Shown: one piece after another, positions 18,601 to 28,353 of the stretch
Layout of the letters: the number at the start of each line of letters is the position of its first letter
Position numbering within the stretch: position 1 is the first letter of the stretch
NCBI GenBank assembly: GCA_951406725.2
Contig: OX597819.1
Span: 86,056,001 to 86,120,000, forward strand
Direction of reading: 5' to 3'
DNA from: Octopus vulgaris
Lineage: Eukaryota
DNA length: 64,000 nt
Made by a program: the position numbers and the translations under genes
Notes under the pieces: model-generated
What the model saw: only the letters and a program-made list of their open reading frames with translations
Databases searched by the model: none
What the model was told of the DNA's origin: nothing

Positions 18601-19931
18601 ATTAATCAATAAATAGGATAACGTTCGGATATTTGTTTCATAGGGAAACTGCTTACAAGTACCGGTTAAGATTGATTTTAAAACATTGGTAGACAGCAAT
18701 GAAGACAGTAAATTTGGAAGTATAAAGTACGGAGGAAGCATGCAAACAAAGAGACAAAGTGATTAAAAAAATAACCATTTTAAAATCGTGATATATAAAA
18801 CAGATATAAAAAGTGACCTATCAAATAAGTGTTGGATGATCAAACAAAACAAAGAGGAGGGGAATGTATCTTGGAATAGTTAAAGAAGTTGAGTCATAAT
18901 GAGCATGGTTTGTATTAGACGTTTTCTGAACCATAAAAGATGTAACTTAAGGATTCTAGGAAATCTTTCGTACAGAGAAGTTTGGGTTAATGATATATAA
19001 ACAAGGAAGAAGTAACGAAATAATTATATAAAGTATATTAATTGATAGATGAAAAAAGTGAATTTGACAACTTCACTTAACATTGGTTTATCTTTTTATC
19101 CAGTTACTAGCCGTAAGGAACACAGTCAACGAGGGGCACAGAAAAGGAATAAACTTATACATAGCAAACACGAATAAACCTCTCTCATCCACTACTCCAT
19201 ATTTATCTTTCAAATACTATATTCCAAACTTTTATTAAACATTAATCTAAATAAATTACAAGCCAGTTCATACTCGACTGAATTATTTCGGAAGTTAGGA
19301 AGAAATCTCTCGCATCCATCTGACCTGGGAAATAACACAGTTGTATTCTACTGGTTCAAAAGATATACTTAATAAGAATACACAAAATATAAGAGATGTA
19401 CAAAGATTGTGTAAAATATAAAGAACGCGAAGATACAAGATGAAAAGAAATAGGCGAGAGAAAGTTAAAGAAAAGGAGAAATGGAAGGGAAAACCAGAAT
19501 TGGATGAAATATGATGAAGAAAGACAAAAAGTTGAATATAGATACATACTATCAAGTAAAGTTCTTAGAAAGGTAAATTCTTTCACAATAGGTGAATGTA
19601 TGGCCTTTAGACGAGTGAAGCCATTGAAATTCTCTTTACCAAAGATATTTTACGGCAAAAAATTAATTCTCTGCATCGACAAAATCTTAAAAACATTGCA
19701 TGTATTTAGAATCAGCATGTGTTATCCTTACTATTATTTAGTGCTTTAACTTTCCACTGGAATTAATAGATGCCTTCAGAAATTTGGCCGTAGCTTATAA
19801 ACTTGCGTTCTATAGTTCTTATACATTTTCATTTGATGAAAATGACCTCGCATTTTCTATGATTTGCTTTCCTAAAACCATACCTCCTTTGCGGTCAATA
19901 TTATCAAATCTTTTGAATTAGTGCGTCTTCC

Positions 19932-20035
<104 letters not shown>

Positions 20036-21212
20036 TCACACATGCGCGCGTGCACAGGTATATATATATACACTATGACACTGTATTTGACTCTAGATAT
20101 TAATTGGTTTTCTTTCTGATCGACCTGGTATAAGAAATGTGCTTTTTCATTTTAAATCTGAATTTTCTGTTGTAATCTTTAGATTGTATACCTTATTCTA
20201 CTCTTTAAGCAATCTCAGTAACACACTTATTTACGCATAAAATTTTAAGTTTTCTTAGGAATATTTTATATAATCGAGCCATGACTTATTTCTTGCTGCT
20301 ACTATAGTATATTTAAAACATTCTAGATGAGAAAGTGTTTTAGAAAATCTCAACTTTATGTAAAACAAGCAAATTTTTAAAGTTAATTTTGCTTATTGTA
20401 ATCAAGCATTTAAAAAATCAGATTTCAGACAGAAAGTTTAATATATTGAATTTATCCAGAGACCAGCCTGTAAAAATAGGGAATAGAACAAATGTTAGTT
20501 CAATTTAGCCAATGATCTGGAAGTAGGCTTAGATATAATTACATTTTCTTCCTTTACCTAAAGAACACTTTCCAACACGACGCTTCCTCTAACCTCATAA
20601 GCTAGCCACATAAAACCCTACTATTGCAAATAGTTGTAGCCGTATAGTTTTTCATTATACCCTTTGTACTTTAACACCGGGACTTAAGATAAGTGCAAGC
20701 ACAATGCAAAAGCAGATAATTGTACTAAAGCACATCACACATTTCTCTGATAATCCTATTAAAATTGGTGCGCTTCAATACTTTCTTTAAGTAACTCTAC
20801 ATCTATTTAAATGTTGGATCTAAATCACAAAAATATACCGTACAAACTTTATTAGAATTATGTAGCAAGGGCACATATATCTACAAGTCATTCAAAACCT
20901 AATGACCTTGAACGGTTTAATCGGGCAAATCGACGCCAGTAACTTTGCCGAAACGGTTGTTGAACAGTGTTGCAAAACCAGCACAAACATGGACAAACAG
21001 ACAGGCACGCGCGAGCGCACACACACACGTACACACGTGCACACACGCACAGACACATACCGAGTTTCCAGACACATGTAGATGCTATGCATGCACATGG
21101 CTAAGAAATCCTCAGTCTCTTACACAGTATTGGGAAATACTGTATGTACTTCATAATAAAGAAAATCTGAAAGCTCTTGGGCGCAAAACACATATCAACG
21201 CCTCCACTATGC

Positions 21213-21253
<41 letters not shown>

Positions 21254-21256
<3 letters not shown>

Positions 21257-22140
21257 GGTGCGGCGAATAAACTGTCGTGTAAATTACGCAAAAATGAAAT
21301 TAATATCGACATCTCATTTTAACAAATATATTTACTAAAATTACATAAAAAATATCTTGAAATACAAAAGAATAAATTTATCCAATAAAATCCCCACTGA
21401 CTTCAACCTCGGCCTCCAGAGGTTACGGAATCTCCTGAAACTCTTCTGGGCGGTCTCCTTGTTTAAGTTGTTAAATGCTGCGATAATCATTGCCTTCAGT
21501 TCATTTTCGTTGTGACAAGTAGTTTCGTTGGTCTCTCACTCAACTGCGTCCCACACATAACATTCAATGGGATTGAAGTTTAGGGAGTTAGGTGACCAGA
21601 TGTTAGGGGTAATGAGGTCGCAAAAATTGTCTGACAGCCATAACTGGGTTTTCCTGCTTGTGTGGCATGGTGCAGAGTCCTGTTGCCAGATATAGGGTTT
21701 CCAGCAGACACCCATTTGACACAGGGCATCACTACCTCTTCCAGGCAATTCATGTAGGCCTTTGTGTGGAGTCTGATGCCGTGTAGGAAGATGAATGGAG
21801 GCATAACGTTGCCATTACTAGTGATCACTCCAAACACCATGATGTTGATTGGATGTACGATTTTTATCACTCTCGATACATGTTTTGGGGACAAGGAAAA
21901 CCTTCAGATTGACATCCGAACACTCTGAAATGTTCATATTGAAGCTTCCGGCACGAATGCCAAGCAGTACAGTATGCCTTTTCCAAAGTTCTGGCAGAGT
22001 TAATTGCGTTATGATGCTGTTTATCTCACGAACGGTGCCAAACCGACCCTACTATACTGTGTAGTCGACAAATTCAAAAACAAACAATGTTCATGTGCGA
22101 AATTAAAAATGTAAGATTGCGATAATTTACCTATAGCATC

Positions 22141-22143
<3 letters not shown>
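21254..22143 (-). mobile_element. Internally deleted Tc1/mariner-superfamily (maT/DD37D-like) transposon
   Basis: Imperfect TIRs CAGGGTGCGGCG/CAGGATGCTATA within TA flanks. Motifs MVFGVITSNG and WQQDSAPCH...37 aa...NPIECYVW. Confidence 0.85.
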
Positions 22144-22197
<54 letters not shown>

Positions 22198-22613
22198 AAA
22201 TAGGACTAGAACGCAAAAGATCCAGATAGACAATACAAAGAAAACAAGGACGGGTCATTCGAAGTTTTTTTTCCTCAGTCGAGTTCCATATTCTCTTTGT
22301 AATTCCGGTTGGTTATACTCGAGATTGCTCCAATCTGGCCAGCCCCAAGGAAAAACTAAGCTAAGAGCATTAGATTCCTTGGAAGAAAGCAGCGAATGTA
22401 TACGTAAACAAGGACAGAAAAACAGAGAAAGTTACACAAATACAAATAACAGGACATAACAACAGGTGTCTTTCGACTAAGGAAGAATTAAATTAAGCTG
22501 GCGTGTGTGGAAGTAAAGACTTACGGCAGGGATACAAGATTTCAGAGGCACAGGGAAGAATATAGATGTTGCACGAACAACAGCCGAACCAAGAAAGAAA
22601 GGTCAGTCTTGGC

Positions 22614-22649
<36 letters not shown>

Positions 22650-22870
22650 TCAATATAGGGTGGCAAAAAAAATTTTGTAGAATTCTTTTGCCACCAGCGG
22701 CCTAGTAGGAAAAAATTAAATAGTCATAGACCATTTTCAAGTTCAACATCAACAATCAAGGAACGGCCATAATAGGCCATTCACCCACTAGAAATAACAG
22801 CCAAAGCTTCAACCGCAAATAAAAGTTAATTCTGTAAACCAGGAGAAAATTTAAAAACATTTACCCTGTA

Positions 22871-22977
22871 ATTTCTTATACGATATACCGTTTCATCTGC
22901 TGATTAATGGTAAACTAACCTGATTAAATTAAATCAAGCCAATCTTCCACAGGCCCTCAGATTCTTCAGTAAGAAAT
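22871..22977 (-). ncRNA. Type I hammerhead ribozyme motif (inverted array unit)
   Basis: Reverse complement of the motif at 23257-23363. Confidence 0.85.
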
Positions 22978-23256
22978 AGCCCAAGACGGAACAGATATTT
23001 TCACGAGGCATTCCCGACCTTGCCAAGTTTATATCTGACCTAAAATTTTCAAATCGTCGCACTCGCGCCAAATTTATCGGCAGCAAATAAATATAAGCCG
23101 TCGATTCCATTACGGAATTAGCCAGAAAATTCATAATTAATCAATATAGGGTGGCAAAAATAGGGTCGCGAGTGCGACGATTTGAAAATTTTAGGTCAGA
23201 TATAAACTTGGCAAGGTCGGGAATGCCTCGTGAAAATATCTGTTCCGTCTTGGGCT

Positions 23257-23363
23257 ATTTCTTACTGAAGAATCTGAGGGCCTGTGGAAGATTGGCTTGA
23301 TTTAATTTAATCAGGTTAGTTTACCATTAATCAGCAGATGAAACGGTATATCGTATAAGAAAT
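23257..23363 (+). ncRNA. Type I hammerhead ribozyme motif (array unit 1)
   Basis: Stem I ATTTCTTA/TAAGAAAT; core CTGAAGA; stem II ATCTG/CAGAT with a 58-nt structured insert; GAAA; near-palindromic stem III ACGGTATATCGT; GUA cleavage triplet at 23353-23355. Confidence 0.85.
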
Positions 23364-23749
23364 TACAGGGTAAATGTTTTTTAAATTTTCTCCTGGTTTA
23401 CAGAATTAACTTTTATTTGCGGTTGAAGCTTTGGCTGTTATTTCTAGTGGGTGAATGGCCTATTATGGCCGTTCCTTGATTGTTGATGTTGAACTTAAAA
23501 ATGGTCTATGACTATTTAATTTTTTCCTACTAGGCCGCTGGTGGCAAAAGAATTCTACAAAATTTTTTTTTGCCACCCTATATTGATTAATTATGAATTT
23601 TCTGGTTAATTCCGTAATGGAATCGACGGCTTATATTTATTTGCTGCCGATAAATTTGGCGCGAGTGCGACGATTTGAAAATTTTAGGTCAGATATAAAC
23701 TTGGCAAGGTCGGGAATGCCTCGTGAAAATATCTGTTCCGTCTTGGGCT

Positions 23750-23856
23750 ATTTCTTACTGAAGAATCTGAGGGCCTGTGGAAGATTGGCTTGATTTAATT
23801 TAATCAGGTTAGTTTACCATTAATCAGCAGATGAAACGGTATATCGTATAAGAAAT
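23750..23856 (+). ncRNA. Type I hammerhead ribozyme motif (array unit 2)
   Basis: Same sequence as 23257-23363. GUA at 23846-23848. Confidence 0.85.
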
Positions 23857-24241
23857 TACAGGGTAAATGTTTTTTAAATTTTCTCCTGGTTTACAGAATT
23901 AACTTTTATTTGCGGTTGAAGCTTTGGCTGTTATTTCTAGTGGGTGAATGGCCTATTATGGCCGTTCCTTGATTGTTGATGTTGAACTTAAAAATGGTCT
24001 ATGACTATTTAATTTTTTCCTACTAGGCCGCTGGTGGCAAAAGAATTCTACAAAATTTTTTTTGCCACCCTATATTGATTAATTATGAATTTTCTGGTTA
24101 ATTCCGTAATGGAATCGACGGCTTATATTTATTTGCTGCCGATAAATTTGGCGCGAGTGCGACGATTTGAAAATTTTAGGTCAGATATAAACTTGGCAAG
24201 GTCGGGAATGCCTCGTGAAAATATCTGTTCCGTCTTGGGCT

Positions 24242-24348
24242 ATTTCTTACTGAAGAATCTGAGGGCCTGTGGAAGATTGGCTTGATTTAATTTAATCAGG
24301 TTAGTTTACCATTAATCAGCAGATGAAACGGTATATCGTATAAGAAAT
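24242..24348 (+). ncRNA. Type I hammerhead ribozyme motif (array unit 3)
   Basis: Same sequence as 23257-23363. GUA at 24338-24340. Confidence 0.85.
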
Positions 24349-24471
24349 TACAGGGTAAATGTTTTTTAAATTTTCTCCTGGTTTACAGAATTAACTTTTA
24401 TTTGCGGTTGAAGCTTTGGCTGTTATTTCTAGTGGGTGAATGGCCTATTATGGCCGTTCCTTGATTGTTGA

Positions 24472-24504
<33 letters not shown>

Positions 24505-24505
<1 letters not shown>

Positions 24506-26285
24506 CCTTCCTTCTCACGTCCGTGACACCAACCATACTATTCGTTTGTTCAACTCTTTCTCCTTTCCCTCGCCCCTCTAAAATTTTCTTCATTTTTGAC
24601 ATCAAGAATGACGTGCACTCCAACATTTCCTTGACCTTCGTCCCAATCCCCAACCTGACACATCCACACACCTTCGTCTGGCCGAACTTGTCCTCTCACA
24701 AAACTGTTTCTCGTTCTCGGGTGCTTTTTAACAGCAGTTGGGAGTGGCCATGGGAACGAGAATGGGCCCCAAATATGAGAACCTGTTCGGTAGCTAAGTT
24801 GAAGCCTAAATATTCTCAAGTTTCACTGGTCCCACTCCCGAACTATAGGTCGTTATATTGATGACTGTGTTGGTATGACATCGCTCTCCCGCGAACAACT
24901 AGACTCCTTTCTCGCTTTTGTCAAATCTTTCTGTCCTGCCTTCTACTTCTGTACTCTTTCCGACACTTCAGTCGCTTTTCTGGACATTTCGGTCAGCATT
25001 CATCACTCCACTCTCATCACCTCTGTCCACTACAAACACACAGATTCATGATCATACCTCAACTTCTCCCCCTCAACCCAAGCACCCTATCTCTCCAGCG
25101 CACCATTCTCCGAGCCTTCCGGCAACTCCAGTCCGATCCCCTCCATTTTGCACATCTTCCCTAACCTACCCCTCCCCTCCTTCAAACGAGCTCACAACCT
25201 ACGAGACCTCTTAGTCCACAGCTTCTTCCCTAACCCAAACCGGCTCCTTCCCCTGCTCCCGCCCACGCTGCCCTTACCCCTCCAACACCACTCTCCATAC
25301 AGGCACCCCTCATCGACACTATCATATCACTGACTCCTTCACCTGTACTTCTAGCAGCGTCATGTACTGCATCTCCTGCTCTCTCTGTCCTTCTCTATAC
25401 ATTAGTCAAAACGGGACACCACTTGGTTGACTGGTTCGCGGTACACCTCCGATACATCAGACTCGGTAATGACACCCCGGTCTCGCGCCATTTCCGCTCT
25501 ACCGGTCATTCTTTACAACAACTGTCTGTATTCCGATTGTTGTTGCACAGGGGCTATCCGGTCCTCGCCGTGAATAATGCTTAATCTTCTTCTCTTCGCT
25601 CCTTTGCCCCACATGGGCTCAACTCTCCTCCCTTCTTCATCTAACCCTACTCCTCTCTCCTCTCTTCCTCTCACACCTACTTTCTCCCACCCACCTTTCC
25701 TCTCTTGCTCTACTATCTACTTCCTCTCTTCACTCCTACCCATCTCCCTTCCACTTTCTTCCTTCATCGTCACCCCCTTGTTATTCCATCCTTACACATT
25801 CTAACCCCAACATCCCTATACATTCCTCCCCACCCCATCCCTTACACCCACTCTTACTTCCCTCACCTCGCCTCCCCCACACTCCAACACCATCACATCA
25901 CATCATATCACCCCGCGCACAGTAGCACTGACCACTTCCCAGCACCCACACCGTCATTCACACACGTATATATGCATACACTCACACGCCAAGGTGACCA
26001 GCCACCTCCCATACGCACATACATACTCTCACATACACACGCACGCGCACTTTCGTTTTGGGATCACCACTACTTTATTATTTCCCCTTCTTCCCAGCTC
26101 TCTTGTGTGACCCCTCTGTCCAGCATTTGCCATGATAGATCGCTAGCTACTAAACCTTTTTTTTCTCTCCCTGTTTATTTCTGTGTTCCTTTTCGAAACG
26201 TAAAAGACTTTCTCCCTTTCCGAGCGTTAAACTAATACATCTGTTTGCTGTTTACACACCCGTCTACGTCTTTTATTTTTTTAAT
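24505..26285 (+). mobile_element. Degenerate Penelope-like element (RT plus GIY-YIG) with C-rich 3' region
   Basis: Across frameshifts: PSHVRDTNH, LAELVL..NCFSF, GVAMGTRMGP, RYIDDC, AFLDISV, NLRDLLVHS, FTCTSSSVMYCISCSLCPSLYI and VSRHF. Confidence 0.82.
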
Positions 26286-27496
26286 GCTCAATATACATAT
26301 ATATATATGTGTGTTTATGTGAGCATTTGTATATGCTTTAATTATAATACATAATATATACATATTTTCCCTCCACCACACATATACACATGTGTATACT
26401 GTACCATTCAAATATGTGTAAACATTATTTAATATAAATTCTTTGTTCTTCCAGCATTTTGAAACGTAGTTTTTTTTTATGTTATAATTAAATAAATTGC
26501 CTCTTCATACCAAGCTAAAGAAATTGTGCAATTTATCTTTAAAAGTGAGTAGAAACTTTGAAACTATCAGAATGTTACCAAATGTCTAGAGGTAAATTTA
26601 TTCATATATGAATTATTAAAATATAACCTGGCATTATTGCTGATTACGATTGTTTTCTGATGACGACATACTCGTCGTGATTTTCATTATTTAATTTTTA
26701 GTATTTCTCTAAATTACTAAAATTACAGTCATTAATCATTATAATTAATCAATGTCATTTTTACTGTTATTTTTATTTCATTTAGACATTACCAGTAAAA
26801 AATATTTAAACTCTGTTAATAAGGTTGATTACTTTCTAATTCGCCATAAAACATTTTAAACTAAAGGCCGTTATTCTGGATATGACGTTCAGATATTTCC
26901 AAAACGACCTGTATGTTTTCATATGGAGATGAAAACCGTGTATCGTACCCGACTCACCAGCAGCATTTTTGTGTCATGATGTGCGACTAACCACAATTTT
27001 AGTTTTGTCTTAGTAGCTTACTTGGACGCAGGTTGTTGCGAGTCGGCCTGCTACCTAAGGCGTTATTCACAGCCCTGGGTCACTGATATTTCTGATGGCA
27101 GGTTACCACCGGAATACCATTTTCACCTTTAACATCTAATACTGGTAGTATGAAAAGGATGGTGCACTGCAAGAATCATTGTATCTATATAGAAGCCTGG
27201 CCCAATTGCGGGTAGTGGTGTAAATCCTTTGAAACTTACCAAGTAATTTTGGTGCTAATGGTGGTGGAGTTACACCAGCTGATGGATTAAGTCACACGTG
27301 CTTAGTGGCGCCGCCTATATTCATAACAATACAACGAGGTCATTCGACCTTCTAAGTTTCAATACTAAGAGTACATTAATCAATGTAGCTTCTACTGTAC
27401 AATAAACGGATTGGTCAAGTCTAAAATGTATATGTTCTCAAAATCTACTCACTCAAAGCTGATTTGGGACAACGACGAAAACACAATAGGAAATAT

Positions 27497-27882
27497 CTTT
27501 TCTACTCTAGGCACAAGGCTCAAAATTTTGAGGGTGGGGACCAGTCGATTAGATCTCTCTCCGTACGCAACTGGTACTTAATTTACCGACTCCAAAAAGA
27601 TGAAAAGCAAAGTCGACCTCGGCGGAATTTGAACTCAGACCGACGGAATACCTATTTCTTTATTACCCACAGGGGCTAAACATAGAGGGAACAAACAAGG
27701 ACAGACATAGGTATTAAGTCGATTACATCAACCCCAGTGCGTAAATGGTACTTAATTTATCGACCCCGAAAAGATGAAATGCAAAGTCGACCTCGGCGGA
27801 ATTTGAACTCACAACGTAACGGCAGACGAAATACGGCTACGAATTTCGCCCGGCGCGCTAACGTTTCTGCCAGCTCGCCGCC
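27497..27882 (-). mobile_element. tRNA-derived SINE, family 2 (central GCCTTTCATCCTTTCGGGGTCGAT-type domain), two partial tandem copies
   Basis: Head GGCGGCGAGCTGGCAGAAACGTTAGC and B-box GAGTTCAAATTCC. Related degenerate copies near 6580-6790, 28650-28755, 31000-31180, 33890-34090, 47205-47290 and 59785-59968. Confidence 0.8.
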
Positions 27883-28222
27883 ATCACAGCAGGAAAAATG
27901 CCATTATTGTTACTTATTAGATGTCTTTTATTTCTATAGAAATTTTCATTCAATTTTCAGTAACCGTTAAGAATAATAGAGGACAAAGATACATGTAGGG
28001 GAAAATACGAATTATTTCTAAAATTTTGTTGTTCTTCATAATTTTGAAATTTGACGCATAGTAAACATTTTGATTTTAAGTAGAATATAATAAATATATG
28101 AAATCAACTGTAAAAAAATATATACTTTATTTTGAATTTAGCATTTTCGATAAAATGTGTTGCATATTGAAATTTCTAAAAAGTATTTCATTCCTTATAT
28201 TTATTTTCTTCATTTTGACTTT

Positions 28223-28353
28223 TCAAGTAAATAAATTGTTAAGGGAGTAGACTGTTATGACATTTAAGATTAAAATTATTCTATAATTTGCTTGAATCAA
28301 GTTTGAAATCGCCAAGACTTCAAAATCGTGCGGATTATATTTAACCTGACTAC
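28223..28353 (-). CDS. CNTN: Contactin-like terminal exon A (distal duplicate), GPI-anchor signal
   Basis: Acceptor tttctttcaaatattttccag. Phase-1 reading GSQVKYNPHDFEVLAISNLIQANYRIILILNVITVYSLNNLFT*. Same 131-nt length as exon B, 30/43 aa identical, no indel or internal stop. AATAAA at 28131-28126. Confidence 0.72.

Larger units (their letters stand above)
22643..24472. mobile_element. Hammerhead-containing 492/493-bp tandem array with an inverted unit (retrozyme / Penelope pLTR-like)
   Basis: About 1.05 units on the minus strand (22643-23160), then junction TAGGGT, then about 2.65 head-to-tail units on the plus strand (23167-24472). CTGAAGA cores at 23265, 23758 and 24250. Flanked by (TA)n on both sides. 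Confidence 0.88.

Noticed and set aside
22643-24472. CRISPR array or tandem protein-coding gene cluster
   Set aside because: Whole units repeat with no unique spacers, the context is eukaryotic, and the ribozyme-repeat architecture explains it.
27240-27325. Minus-strand mini-exon LNPSAGVTPPPLAPKLL-G|GTAAGT
   Set aside because: An in-frame TGA lies just upstream, and the paralogous copy lacks both the donor (GGAAGT) and the frame.
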